64,000 nucleotides of DNA from Candidatus Bathyarchaeota archaeon (GCA_963733055.1 CAVTBR010000003.1:544001-608000); one strand, 5' to 3'; shown: positions 8,922 through 19,329, counted from the first letter of the stretch. Made by a program: numbers and translations. Notes: generated from the sequence alone by a model not told the origin.

Positions 8922-10583
8922 TCAGAGTCGTCCTAATTTCTCGCCGCAATTTGTGCAGAACGTTTGGTCCGAAGTATTTTCTGTGCCACACTTATCGCAC
9001 TTGACCGCTGTCGCACTCATAGTTGCGCTTTGAGTGGCCGCGGGAGTGGGAGTAGGTTTAGTTTCGGGTGGGGGCCGTCGCCGTGACCGCCAGAACAGGA
9101 AACCTCCAACAATCGCGCCCGCCACGACGATTATTGCTATGAGGGGTAAGTAGCTGGCGGACCATACGGCCTGGACCGTGTGCGGTTTATCCATTGTGAT
9201 TGAACCCTGCGCTGAGGTGCCCGTGTAGTCGCCCTGCCACTTCGCGAAGATTTGTTGAATTGGAAAGCCTGAGGGTGTAGTTACTGAGAATTGCGCGGTT
9301 GACCCGGCGTCGTAGAAGCCCGAGCCCTGTGGATTGCCGTATGCAGAATCTACTACGAGCTGATATTGTGTTGTGTATTTGGCAATGGCGGTGTAAGGTT
9401 TGTCAATCGTTATTGAGATCGGGTTCCCTGATTGTGGGGTGCCGTTGATCTGCCAACCTTTGAACGCATATTGGGTTCCCGTGTTACCTGCCACTACTTG
9501 GGGTGCCTGATTGGTCTGGACCGAGGTACCCGCAGGGAACCAGCCGCCACCTGTTACTTGAGTAACCCCGCTGGGATCAGTGTCCACGGTGAATTTGTAC
9601 TGCGTTTGGTATGAGAATGTGAAGCTTCCACTCGAGGTGACGCTGAGGGTATTCTGGGCGCAATAATAGCGAACTCCCGTGTCTCCCGTGACGTATTGGT
9701 CGACAGAGATCGTGTGTGAGGTGTTAAGCTTGTAAGTCTCTTTCACGATCTGCCCGCCGCCTATAGTGCCTTGAGGTTGACCGTCAACCTGCACTTGCGC
9801 TGAATACTGTGTCGGAACTCCATTGAGTGAGAGTGAGACATCGTAAGTATTCGGCGACACGTCAAAGGAAGCTTGCGCGCTACTTACTCCAGAACAGTAG
9901 TCGTCGGCCTGAAATGACACCGTCCAATGCCCAATCGTACTGGCCGTCAGAGTCTTCGTTATGCTATAGCTTCCTGTGAGCATCTGGTAATCGAAGACCG
10001 AGGGCGATCCGGACGGAGGAGAAATCGTGAGCCGACCTTCCGCGGGCCTGTTCGCCGACAAGAGAATAGTTACCTTATCACCAACCGTATAGGTCGACTT
10101 GTCCGTCGCGAGACTAACTGAAAGGGGCGGGCCGACTTGCACTACGGTAAGCGTTCCGCTTGCAGAGCCCGTCTCGGGGTTCTGTGCTCCCGGTGGACTT
10201 GGTAAGGGGCCGTCCGTTGCATTCGTTGCCGTCACGGTAAATGGGTAGCTACCGGGGCAATAGAACCCTGGTGCACCAGGGTAGGAATTGAAAGTAGGAA
10301 TTGAAAGTGTCGTACTTCCCGCGCCGGTGCCGCTTCCGGGCGGCGTCGCGACTGGATTAGATGAAAACGTTGCCCCCGATCCATCAAGGCCGGATGTGGT
10401 GAGAGAGAACGATGTTGCGGAGGCACCGGAAAGCGAGACGGTATACGTAGCGCTCGTTCCTTGTGGGACTGCTTGGTTGGTGGGCGAGATGGATACGGTT
10501 ACGGGTGACGCGTATGCCCGAGGAGCTAGGAGTATGGTGAAAATTACTACAAAGGCTAGAATCAACGACTTTGAGAATCTCAC
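8922..10583 (-). CDS. Membrane-anchored Ig-like/InlB-B-repeat-like surface protein with C-terminal zinc ribbon
   Basis: Signal peptide, Ser/Thr-rich beta domains, GGGWF/GSGFYD repeats, TM helix, CDKC...FCTNCG. Confidence 0.8.
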   Translation of the reverse strand: MRFSKSLILAFVVIFTILLAPRAYASPVTVSISPTNQAVPQGTSATYTVSLSGASATSFSLTTSGLDGSGATFSSNPVATPPGSGTGAGSTTLSIPTFNSYPGAPGFYCPGSYPFTVTATNATDGPLPSPPGAQNPETGSASGTLTVVQVGPPLSVSLATDKSTYTVGDKVTILLSANRPAEGRLTISPPSGSPSVFDYQMLTGSYSITKTLTASTIGHWTVSFQADDYCSGVSSAQASFDVSPNTYDVSLSLNGVPTQYSAQVQVDGQPQGTIGGGQIVKETYKLNTSHTISVDQYVTGDTGVRYYCAQNTLSVTSSGSFTFSYQTQYKFTVDTDPSGVTQVTGGGWFPAGTSVQTNQAPQVVAGNTGTQYAFKGWQINGTPQSGNPISITIDKPYTAIAKYTTQYQLVVDSAYGNPQGSGFYDAGSTAQFSVTTPSGFPIQQIFAKWQGDYTGTSAQGSITMDKPHTVQAVWSASYLPLIAIIVVAGAIVGGFLFWRSRRRPPPETKPTPTPAATQSATMSATAVKCDKCGTENTSDQTFCTNCGEKLGRL

Positions 10584-10769
10584 GACTAAAACAACCCTGA
10601 TTTCTTAACTAACTCGCAGCATGTGACATTATTTAAGCTAAATGACGCAGACTCCGCAAAAGTGACCCCTGAACTACGCGTTGAACACGCTCGAAACTAG
10701 GAACCCTTACGCCAAACAGAGAAGCTCCTGACGAGATTTTATTCTGCATCAGGTCCCTCGGAGGGAAGG

Positions 10770-12305
10770 TCATTCTTTCTTTTCTTTCGTCTCTTTCGGT
10801 TTCTCTTCCTGCTTAGGCTCTTTCGTCGCTCCCTTGCTACCGCGGCGACGCGCAGCCAAAATGGCCCCAATTACGAGTAGGAGGACGACCGCTCCGCCAG
10901 CAAGGTAAGCGTTCGTGTAACTCGTGGTCCAGGTTGCATTGACGGTCTTGGGGCTGTTCATCGTTACTGAGCCTTGCGGTGATGTGCCTGAGTAATCTCC
11001 CGTCCAATGTACGAAGACCTGTTGAACCAAGATGCCTGCTGGCGAGCTCACGGAGAATTGAGCGGTTGACCCTCCATCATAGTAACCTCCACCTTGAGGA
11101 TTTCCCAATCCCCCGGGTGAATTTACCGTTAGGAGATATTGCGTGATATACTTCGCAACGGCAGTATGGGGTCCGTTCATGGTCACCGTGATTTGGTTCC
11201 CCGTTTGGGAACTGCCATCTACGCTCCAGCTTTGAAATGCGTACTGGACGCCACTTGCTCCGGAGACCGTTTGCGGCGCCTGACTTGTTTGGGCAGTGGA
11301 CCCGGCGTTGAACCAACCTCCACCAGAAACCTGTGTCACATTGGCTGGGTCTGTCGCAACGGTGAGTTGGTATTGTGTCTGATAGTTGAATGTGTGACTG
11401 TCAGTTGAACTGACACTCCACGTATTCTGAGCACAATAGTACTGGACCCCTGTATCTCCGGCAACATACTGACCAACAGTGACGGTGTGTGTAGTGCCAA
11501 TCGTGAACGAGAGGGTCTTGGTTTGCGAACCGGGGACTGTTCCTCGGTTTTGTCCGTCAACCTGCAAGGTCGCAGAATATTGCTGAGGGACACCTGACAA
11601 CTGGATCGATACCGAGTAAGCGTTAGGACCAACAGAGAAGGTTGTGGTAGCTGAGTTGAAGGAATTGCAGTAATCATCGGCATAGACACTTACGGTGTAA
11701 GTCCCGTACGGCTGGGACGCGGTTAGTGTTTGGGCCACGCTCGTCGCGAAATCCGTCTGAAAGCTATACGTGAGCGGAGTACCGCTCGGTGGACTTACAG
11801 TGATTGTACCCTCCGCGGGCCTGTTCACCGCAACTTGGATGAGTATCTTGTCCCCCTTTACATAAGACGACTTATCCGTCGAGACTCCCACCACTAACGG
11901 GAGCCCCGTCTGAGACACGTACAAGTTTCCCGCTGCTGAGCCGGTATCGCCGGAGGCACCTGTGTTGGTTACGCTGACCGTGAATGCGTAAACTCCGGGA
12001 CAGTAAGGCACGGGAACTTGGGTAGTGGATATCACCAATGTACTAGATCCTGAGATCGCGCTTACCTGACTGGGTGAGAAATAGTAGCTGCCATAACCAC
12101 CTAGGCCTGAGAGGCTGAATGCATAAGTCGCTCCCAACAATCCACCGCTAAATGACACCGTGTAGCTTGCCTGGCTGGCTTGAGGGGCATTTTGGGATGT
12201 TGGGGAAATCGTGACGGAGAGGGCAGCATTAACTCTGGGTGGAAATACAACCGCTAGCGACATCATGAGAATTAAGATTATGAGAAGTTTGGGCGTTCCT
12301 GACAT
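10770..12305 (-). CDS. Paralogous membrane-anchored surface protein with Lys/Glu-rich cytoplasmic tail
   Basis: Shares YCPG.Y.FTV, ADDYC, QYV.GDTGV.YYCAQN, GGGWF with the neighbour; signal peptide and C-terminal TM. Confidence 0.8.
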   Translation of the reverse strand: MSGTPKLLIILILMMSLAVVFPPRVNAALSVTISPTSQNAPQASQASYTVSFSGGLLGATYAFSLSGLGGYGSYYFSPSQVSAISGSSTLVISTTQVPVPYCPGVYAFTVSVTNTGASGDTGSAAGNLYVSQTGLPLVVGVSTDKSSYVKGDKILIQVAVNRPAEGTITVSPPSGTPLTYSFQTDFATSVAQTLTASQPYGTYTVSVYADDYCNSFNSATTTFSVGPNAYSVSIQLSGVPQQYSATLQVDGQNRGTVPGSQTKTLSFTIGTTHTVTVGQYVAGDTGVQYYCAQNTWSVSSTDSHTFNYQTQYQLTVATDPANVTQVSGGGWFNAGSTAQTSQAPQTVSGASGVQYAFQSWSVDGSSQTGNQITVTMNGPHTAVAKYITQYLLTVNSPGGLGNPQGGGYYDGGSTAQFSVSSPAGILVQQVFVHWTGDYSGTSPQGSVTMNSPKTVNATWTTSYTNAYLAGGAVVLLLVIGAILAARRRGSKGATKEPKQEEKPKETKEKKE

Positions 12306-12446
12306 AGCTCCAACTCAGGTGAGGGAGATAATTGGCTGAGTTGCTATTTTAAGGTAAAGGCGACGCTCAAAACAGCAACGGTTCTAGTGGAGACAAGCTT
12401 TGCGCTTGACCAGAATACTTAGGAACATCATTGGCTGAGAAGTTTG

Positions 12447-12514
12447 ATGCGGCGATGAGGGAATCAGAGTTAATCTGAACTAAATGTTGAGAAGGCATTA
12501 GCCCCGAGTCGCAT
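12447..12514 (+). ncRNA. Possible box C/D-like small RNA
   Basis: Terminal stem ATGCGGC/GTCGCAT enclosing GCGATGA (C), CTGA (D'), ATGTTGA (C'), CCGA (D). Confidence 0.25.
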
Positions 12515-12524
12515 AACAATGCCA

Positions 12525-13130
12525 TCATTCCTCCTTTGACACAATGAGGACAGCAAGTGCAACCGAAGTTACAAGTACGTAGACAGATATGTCGGATAGA
12601 AGGGGCGCAATGGGAACCAGGATGCCGCTCGTGGAGGCTACTGCGATCGACAATACGAAACCCATACCAAGAATGCATCCATCCCGAGCTAGTCGTCGGT
12701 AGAGACGATCCAGAGACCGACGAAGGACTGGTACGTTGAAATCCATCTCTAAGCCATGGTTGCTGGGAGAAAATTGATCACCGTGCTCGGAGATCAGACT
12801 GAGAGTATGTTCACTCACCAAGATCATGACAAATGCGAGGAGAAGAATTGGAAGGTTCTCTCCCGGTGCCCCTTTCAAAACGCCTGAAAATAGTGCGATG
12901 CCCAACAGAATCCCTTGTTCTAGTGTTGTTAACATATTCCAAGCGAAGTCACATTTGACCAGCGCAATTACGCTGGTCAGAACCCCGACAATCAATGCCA
13001 GAAGCCAGAGAGCCCAGATTGAGGTGGGGATTGTCGAGAGAATAAGTACGAATGTGGCTATCGCGATCGCGCCGGCGAAACCTCTGAGGACGTCCCAGCG
13101 GAGTCGTAGGTTCGCTAAGTTCTCTTCCAT
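12525..13130 (-). CDS. Multi-pass membrane protein (MoxR operon)
   Basis: About six hydrophobic segments; overlaps the DUF58 gene end. Confidence 0.7.
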   Translation of the reverse strand: MEENLANLRLRWDVLRGFAGAIAIATFVLILSTIPTSIWALWLLALIVGVLTSVIALVKCDFAWNMLTTLEQGILLGIALFSGVLKGAPGENLPILLLAFVMILVSEHTLSLISEHGDQFSPSNHGLEMDFNVPVLRRSLDRLYRRLARDGCILGMGFVLSIAVASTSGILVPIAPLLSDISVYVLVTSVALAVLIVSKEE

Positions 13131-14386
13131 CGTCCCCTCATCCTAAGGACTGGCTTGATGGCCGTTGTCGGTGAGATTTCGATCACGTTTGCTAGCTGTT
13201 TCGCTTTGTCAACCTTCAGGCGTCTTTCCGCGGCAAAAATCCGCCGTGCGATCACCGATGACATATTGACGTTGCCAGTAAGAGTTCTGATGGACGGTGT
13301 GAAGCATATCGTAGTGTAACCGGTTTGAGTGATATCGCCAATCATTTCTAAAACCTCATCACCAATCATAGGAGAGATCAGAAGCACTACTGACCTAGCG
13401 GGAAGAATCGCTGCTATGACGGATTCGACAACGTATTTGATCGGTAAGGTTACGGGCCCTGGCTTCACGATCGCCAGGCTATCTAACAATCTCAACAACT
13501 GTCTCTTTCCGAACGCGGGGTCAACCCATGTTCTGGCTGCTCCGTAAACTGAGAGACCGACACGGTTACCTTGCATGATCAGTTGAGAACATAGTGATGC
13601 CGCGAATTCCACCTGAAATTCCAGTACATCATAATCGAAAATATCCGACAACACGTCCTCGGAACAGTCCAGCACAACAAGGACATCGACGACCTGCTCG
13701 CCTTCAAATTCGTTTGTAACGAGTTGCCTTGACCTCGCCGATGCTTTCCAGTTGATGCGTCGAAGATCGTCCCCTGGTTTGTAGGGTGCTGTTTCGAAGA
13801 ATTCGGATCCTATTCCCATGCGCCGTGAAGGAACCAAGCCAGGCCATGGACGGACACGCCTACCTTTCAAATCAATAGTTCCCAGATCTTCTACCCTGGG
13901 AACCACGACGAACTCGTCAACGTTGGAAAGGCGCGTGCTCACTCCTCTTAGTCCGAGGCGGTCAGTGAATTTGAAGGAAGTCGGCCCTACTGTGTAGATG
14001 CCGCGCTTTGGACTTGCTAGTGTATACTTGAATTCTGCACTCTCGCCGGAACGGAGCGAAAGCATTAGCCGGTTAACTCCCGCTTTCAATTTCAGTTCAA
14101 AGGGAAGCCTATCGTCCAGCTGAAATGACTCAATGGCATGGTAGGATTTGTTTGTGACTCCTAGAGTGATGTCGACGTTCTCGCCGCCAATTGAACGCGA
14201 GGGGCGTATCCGTCGCGTTACGGAGACAGGAAACGGGTCGAACTTCGGAAGTTTTGAGGGTGTGAATAACAAGAAGGCAATTGGTATTACGAAAATGGTC
14301 AACCATGAGGATCGGAAGAGTAGGGCGAAGAAAATGAACGCGTACGCGACTGCTAGGTATGCAAGGGTCCTTCGGGTTAGCGCCAT
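13115..14386 (-). CDS. DUF58 (vWA-like) protein
   Basis: N-terminal TMs; GSEF...YKPGDDLRRINWKASAR, VLDCS. Confidence 0.9.
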   Translation of the reverse strand: MALTRRTLAYLAVAYAFIFFALLFRSSWLTIFVIPIAFLLFTPSKLPKFDPFPVSVTRRIRPSRSIGGENVDITLGVTNKSYHAIESFQLDDRLPFELKLKAGVNRLMLSLRSGESAEFKYTLASPKRGIYTVGPTSFKFTDRLGLRGVSTRLSNVDEFVVVPRVEDLGTIDLKGRRVRPWPGLVPSRRMGIGSEFFETAPYKPGDDLRRINWKASARSRQLVTNEFEGEQVVDVLVVLDCSEDVLSDIFDYDVLEFQVEFAASLCSQLIMQGNRVGLSVYGAARTWVDPAFGKRQLLRLLDSLAIVKPGPVTLPIKYVVESVIAAILPARSVVLLISPMIGDEVLEMIGDITQTGYTTICFTPSIRTLTGNVNMSSVIARRIFAAERRLKVDKAKQLANVIEISPTTAIKPVLRMRGRWKRT

Positions 14387-15366
14387 TACTCTACCCTAGG
14401 TACCGGGACTCTCTTGAGAATATCATCGATGATCGAGCCGGCGTCGAACCCACGTACCCAGGAAGCGGCTTTGGGGATTATTCTATGCGAAAGAGCTTCA
14501 CTGCAAAATGCCTTCACGTCGTCTGGAAGAATGTAATCGCGGCCAGAAGATGCAGCATTCGCTCGCGCCAACTTTAGCAGCGCTAGTGACCCGCGAGGGC
14601 TAGCACCTATCTCAACTTGACCGTGGGTACGCGTTTCACGGACGATGTCAGTAATGTACGAAAGCACACCGTCGTCGGCGTGAACTTCCTCCACGGTATT
14701 CTGCATCTCGATCAGAGTTGCTGAGTCGATGACGGTGTTTATGGAAAAATCGTCCTTTCTGCGGGTGATGCGTCTTTTGAGAATTTCAATCTCCGAGTCT
14801 CTATCCGGGTATCCGATTCGAAGCCTCATGATGAACCTATCAAGTTGGGCTTCAGGCAGCTGGTATACTCCTTCGAACTCGATCGGGTTTTGAGTGGCGA
14901 TTACTATGAAGGGGTCGTGGAGCGGATGCGTCTTTCCGTCCAACGTGGTCTGACGTTCCTGCATGGCCTCTAACAATGCCGATTGAGTTTTGGGGGGGCT
15001 TCGGTTTATCTCATCTGCGAGAAGGATGTTAGTGAAGATCGGACCCTTCCTGAGTTCGAAATCGCTCAATTTTTGGTTGTAGATGTATGTCCCGGTTATG
15101 TCGGCGGGCAGAAGGTCGGGCGTGAATTGAACTCTCGCAAACTTACACCCAACCGCAACGGCCAGGGACTTGGCTATGACTGTCTTGGCTAAACCAGGGT
15201 AATCCTCAACTAGGATGTGAGAGTTAGCGAGCGCTCCGATGAGTATCTTTCGGAGCACCGGCTCCTTACCAACAATAGCAGTATTCAACTCGGCCAGTAT
15301 CGCATTACAAGTCTCTGCTAGGGTCTCGACCTTCAACTTAACCAAGCCTCTATGCTCGTCAAACAA
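14386..15366 (-). CDS. moxR: MoxR-family AAA+ ATPase (true start probably TTG near 15336)
   Basis: EDYPGLAKT, QFTPDLLPADITG, LADEINR, ATQNPIE, LPEAQLDRF, GASPR. Confidence 0.95.
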   Translation of the reverse strand: MFDEHRGLVKLKVETLAETCNAILAELNTAIVGKEPVLRKILIGALANSHILVEDYPGLAKTVIAKSLAVAVGCKFARVQFTPDLLPADITGTYIYNQKLSDFELRKGPIFTNILLADEINRSPPKTQSALLEAMQERQTTLDGKTHPLHDPFIVIATQNPIEFEGVYQLPEAQLDRFIMRLRIGYPDRDSEIEILKRRITRRKDDFSINTVIDSATLIEMQNTVEEVHADDGVLSYITDIVRETRTHGQVEIGASPRGSLALLKLARANAASSGRDYILPDDVKAFCSEALSHRIIPKAASWVRGFDAGSIIDDILKRVPVPRVE

Positions 15367-15848
15367 TTAGCAAGGTCGCGGGTGCTCCCTCTGCTCGCCC
15401 CAGAACTCTTCGCGGTCAACGCTTCGAATATGTGTTGGTCGTTTATCTGCAGTTTGAGTGAAGCAGGATCCTCTTTAGCCATGTTTCTCAGAAAGGGTTC
15501 GGCGGTATTGAAGTGGTATGATGCGACTGCAAATGCAAGTGATCTGATTCTTTCGGAGAGAAGCTCCGTTGAAGCAGTGTCACCATGATCAATGGCTTTC
15601 TGGCAAAGCTTATCCAAGCGCGCGAGGTCGTCTTCACCCCTCTCGAAATGACGCACCCTCTTGCTTGGAGCGGGGGTGGCCCTCAATTCTAGGAGTACAT
15701 GGAAGATTATGGTTCCGAAGAAGACGAAGGCAAACCCGACGCCCGCCCAGGTCAGGATTGGGTACCCGGCTAGGAAATAGTCTAGAACAATTGAAATGGC
15801 CAGATAGACTACTCCAAGCTGAATCAGGGTCTTGATCTGCTTCTTCAT
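15333..15848 (-). CDS. Membrane protein (MoxR operon)
   Basis: Two N-terminal TM helices; tight operon spacing. Confidence 0.7.
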   Translation of the reverse strand: MKKQIKTLIQLGVVYLAISIVLDYFLAGYPILTWAGVGFAFVFFGTIIFHVLLELRATPAPSKRVRHFERGEDDLARLDKLCQKAIDHGDTASTELLSERIRSLAFAVASYHFNTAEPFLRNMAKEDPASLKLQINDQHIFEALTAKSSGASRGSTRDLANCLTSIEAWLS

Positions 15849-15853
15849 GACGC

Positions 15854-16729
15854 TCAGCTGTCTACATTCGCGAGTGAGCGTTCTAGGTTCTCTAGTTGAC
15901 TTAATGCGACGGCACGTTTAGTATCGTCTATGAGATGATCGCTGTACCTTGCTTCTTCAAATAGGAATGTGAGGCTTCTGATAGCTTCGCCCCCGAGCTC
16001 CAGTTTGTGTGAGATACTTTCCGAGAACTCTCGTGCGGTTTCTTGGAGCCCGATGTTGAACCCGCGGCTAGCCAATACTTGGCACATTTGCCTGTAACAC
16101 CGCAATATCGCTTCGCGGTAATCTCCATTCAGTCTCAGAGCAGTAACAGCCTTCTGAACCACGCCCAAGGCTTCGCGCTTCGCCGCCTCTGCATTGTACG
16201 GCGCGTATTCCTCCCGTGCCCATTCGTACGCCTTGCGAATGCCGCCGAAAAACAAAGCCAGTGCCACCACCACCGTCGTTCCGAAGATTATGAGAGTGTA
16301 GTAGAAAAGAAATGGGTTCGCCGACGCGCCGCCAGATGGTGCAACCGTTTGAGACTGGGTGGGATGAAACCAAGTCCCTATGAGATTCGCTGCTGTTTGA
16401 AATACACCACTTATTGATTGAGACATTACGATTCGGAAAAAGACAAAAAACAGGACGAAGCCTATGACGTATCCAAGGATCACGGCAAACGATCTTCCAC
16501 CCGATGCGTTTTGCTTCCGGTTGCCTAGAAAGAACGCAGCAAGGAGCTCAACAATTGTCTTGGAATATGCTAGTACTGCTAGGAGATAGATCGTCAAGAT
16601 CGCGGGGAGGAGGTACTCGGCGAATGCACCGATCATCGGGGGCCGGGGTGCTGTGCTAGTTGCCAACGCGGTGAATAATGCGATCACGCAAAGTAATGCA
16701 ATTGGAAGAATCAGTTCTCTTTGTGGCAT
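15854..16729 (-). CDS. DUF4129-domain membrane protein
   Basis: DYREAILRCYRQM...ETAREF...LTFLFEEARYS. Confidence 0.85.
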   Translation of the reverse strand: MPQRELILPIALLCVIALFTALATSTAPRPPMIGAFAEYLLPAILTIYLLAVLAYSKTIVELLAAFFLGNRKQNASGGRSFAVILGYVIGFVLFFVFFRIVMSQSISGVFQTAANLIGTWFHPTQSQTVAPSGGASANPFLFYYTLIIFGTTVVVALALFFGGIRKAYEWAREEYAPYNAEAAKREALGVVQKAVTALRLNGDYREAILRCYRQMCQVLASRGFNIGLQETAREFSESISHKLELGGEAIRSLTFLFEEARYSDHLIDDTKRAVALSQLENLERSLANVDS

Positions 16730-17419
16730 ACCGCGCCCAGGACAGATTCCTTAGACGGAATGTGGATTAAAGTAAAGCGCCTCGTGCGCCGCCAACTAAG
16801 AGAGACTCCACTGAAACAAGACTTCGAAAGCCTTTTCCCCTCTCTCGGGCATGAGGGGACGGCTATCATGTGTGCAGAGGCATACCAGCGTATTTCCGAG
16901 ACATTACGTGATTTTGACAAGCCGATCGTCTTAACCCTAATCGACCCTATGCGGTACCAGGAAGCGACGGTAGAAATCCTCAACTATTTTACAAAGAAGT
17001 TGCCGCGCGGGATCTATGTTACTCTTAACAAACCGTTCAGTGTCCTAACGAAGGCCTTCGAAAACGCTGGCGTCCCGGCCGAATCCCTGTTCTTTGTAGA
17101 TGCAATCACTAATGTGCCGACATTAGAGGAAGGAAAGAACCATGCATGTTTGGGGTCAGGTGTCGGCCTGAGCAACTTGTGCATCGGCATATCCAAAGCC
17201 GTAAACATGTTCGAAGGCGAAAAGTTCCTGTTGCTTGACAGCCTCTCAACTCTCCTGATATACAACGACCCGAAGTCAGTTTCAAAATTCGCACATCTGC
17301 TAACCGAGAAAATGAGGCGATGGAATACATCCGGCTCACTGCTTACTGTAGAAATGAATGCTGAGAAGGACGTGGTCTCGCAATTAGCCCCGTTCTGCGA
17401 TAAGGTTGTGAAGATTTGA
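16721..17419 (+). CDS. Inactivated KaiC/RecA-like (DUF835-like) domain protein
   Basis: GIYVTLNKP, FFVDAIT, LLLDSLSTLLIYN, FCDKVVKI; no Walker A. Confidence 0.7.
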   Translation: MWHTAPRTDSLDGMWIKVKRLVRRQLRETPLKQDFESLFPSLGHEGTAIMCAEAYQRISETLRDFDKPIVLTLIDPMRYQEATVEILNYFTKKLPRGIYVTLNKPFSVLTKAFENAGVPAESLFFVDAITNVPTLEEGKNHACLGSGVGLSNLCIGISKAVNMFEGEKFLLLDSLSTLLIYNDPKSVSKFAHLLTEKMRRWNTSGSLLTVEMNAEKDVVSQLAPFCDKVVKI

Positions 17420-18444
17420 CTACCACAACGACGGGCGTGATTCAACTTGCGGTGCTAGATCCCATGCTCTATGGAGCCGCGAGGGCGTTCGACTATCTCG
17501 GAATCAGAGGCCAAGATATGCTTGACAAGATAGGGGAAGGAATCTTAGAGTACGGTCTCAGCGAAGGCTACTTCCAGAAATCAAACGATCCACATCAATT
17601 CGTCGGCAACATGATCAAATTCTTCCTTCAGAACGGCTACCTGAGCAACATAAGTGTCAGCCAAAGCGGCGACACACTAGACATCGCCATGTGGAATTGG
17701 AGATTTCTGCCTCTAATGCAGAAACTACGCAGCCGAGATTCGTACCTTATCACCTGCCCAGTCTGTATGGCCAATAGTGCGATCACGAAATCAGTGGGAC
17801 GCGTGAGTGAAAGAATATCGGAAAATGTAGCACCGGATGGAACCTACTCAATGAAATTGAAGATCATTCCCGGAACAACGCATACTCAGAGCACTATCTA
17901 TTTTCCTCATCCAGCTGACCTGACAAAAACCAAAGTCAAGAATCAGCTGAACGAAAGCGTGGGATTACCGGCTTTCGAAACAGTTGCATACGGATTGGCT
18001 TGCGGGTTTGAATACCTCGGCGCCCAGGCACAACTTATCCTTGACAACATCGGAGGAGGAATGCTGGAGTTCATGCGCGAAGAATCAGGGCTGAAACTAC
18101 CGGATGATCTTGAAGGTTCACTGGAAATATTAAGTAAATTCATGGCCAGCAAGGGATTAGCGGACAACATCAGTGTAAAACTCTCGCCGAACAGAGTCGA
18201 TTTGGATTTCACAAATTATCACTATCTCCCGGTCCTCAAGAGGTCTCTGGCAAAAGGAAGTAGCTTGGTCTCTTGCCCATTTACGCTAACAGCCAGAGCG
18301 GCAGTTCTCAACAAAGGGCTAAGGGTCGGAGACATGAAGTGGCAAATCGGAACGAATGGAGCGAGGCTGGAAATGACGACGCTGGATGCTGGTCACCAGC
18401 AATTTGACGAGAACACCGTTAGCGAAATCATGGACCATGCCTGA
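17416..18444 (+). CDS. Protein with two tandem V4R/H-NOX-like domains
   Basis: Internal repeat YGAARAFDYLG..GQDMLDKIGEGILEY vs YGLACGFEYLG..AQLILDNIGGGMLEF; TCPVC / SCPF. Confidence 0.55.
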   Translation: MTTTTTGVIQLAVLDPMLYGAARAFDYLGIRGQDMLDKIGEGILEYGLSEGYFQKSNDPHQFVGNMIKFFLQNGYLSNISVSQSGDTLDIAMWNWRFLPLMQKLRSRDSYLITCPVCMANSAITKSVGRVSERISENVAPDGTYSMKLKIIPGTTHTQSTIYFPHPADLTKTKVKNQLNESVGLPAFETVAYGLACGFEYLGAQAQLILDNIGGGMLEFMREESGLKLPDDLEGSLEILSKFMASKGLADNISVKLSPNRVDLDFTNYHYLPVLKRSLAKGSSLVSCPFTLTARAAVLNKGLRVGDMKWQIGTNGARLEMTTLDAGHQQFDENTVSEIMDHA

Positions 18445-18572
18445 CTAACGGTCCAGCTAAACCTCGCATCTGTCATCATCCCTTCAAGGGCAAGTGAGAT
18501 TAGCGCGACTCGTTCCCAGATTACTTTAAAGTATTAATATTCAGTCGGACCCTATCGCAGTCGGTATTCGAC

Positions 18573-18818
18573 ATGCCTTTCTATCTTTGCGAGAACTGCG
18601 CCAAGGATAAAGTCAGACTTGACCTAACCTTCGCGGGAATAAACCAAATGTGGCTGAGAACGTCCCCCAACCCGGACGGGTTCGGTCCTCCATGCGACTT
18701 TTGCAACACCGCAAGGACAATCTACCAAGTCCAGATCGTGGGAACGATGTTCGACACGGAAGGTCAACACTTAGAGAAGATGAAAGCCGAACTAAAGCCG
18801 ACACCTGCCCAAAGTTAG
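18573..18818 (+). CDS. Small zinc-finger protein
   Basis: CENC...CDFC; AT-rich TATA-like sequence upstream. Confidence 0.6.
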   Translation: MPFYLCENCAKDKVRLDLTFAGINQMWLRTSPNPDGFGPPCDFCNTARTIYQVQIVGTMFDTEGQHLEKMKAELKPTPAQS

Positions 18819-18879
18819 ACGTTGAGCCGAACGCTCAGTTTTCATTCAGGAACCGATACAGGTACTTTGGAATCCAGCT

Positions 18880-19329
18880 ATGGAAGCAGTGGGGCTTCAC
18901 CGCAAAGGCGAGATTGACCTCCAACAAATAATCGACCACCTCAAGACACACCCCGCATACCACGACTCCGGAGCAATAGCCTCCTTCATCGGAGTTGTCC
19001 GAGGGGACGCGATTAACGATTCGGATTCCAAAGTCACGCACTTAGAGTATGAAGCCTATGCTGATGTGGCCTTGAAACGCATGGAGGAAATCAGGGCGGA
19101 CATCAAGAAACATCCCGGCGTTGTTGAGGTTGCAATTCACCACGTCATCGACTCCCTAACGGTCGGTGAGCCCAGCATCTTCGTCGTAGTCCTCGGCAAA
19201 CACAGACAAGAAGTATTCCCGGCCCTAGCTGAAACGGTTGAACACGTGAAGAAGGAAGTCCCAATCTGGAAGAAGGAATTCACCTCGAAAGAAGCACACT
19301 GGGTCTCAACCGAAACAGCTGACATTTGA
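18880..19329 (+). CDS. moaE: Molybdopterin synthase catalytic subunit
   Basis: GAIASFIGVVR, LEYEAY, HR..F, KKEVPIWKKE. Confidence 0.92.
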   Translation: MEAVGLHRKGEIDLQQIIDHLKTHPAYHDSGAIASFIGVVRGDAINDSDSKVTHLEYEAYADVALKRMEEIRADIKKHPGVVEVAIHHVIDSLTVGEPSIFVVVLGKHRQEVFPALAETVEHVKKEVPIWKKEFTSKEAHWVSTETADI

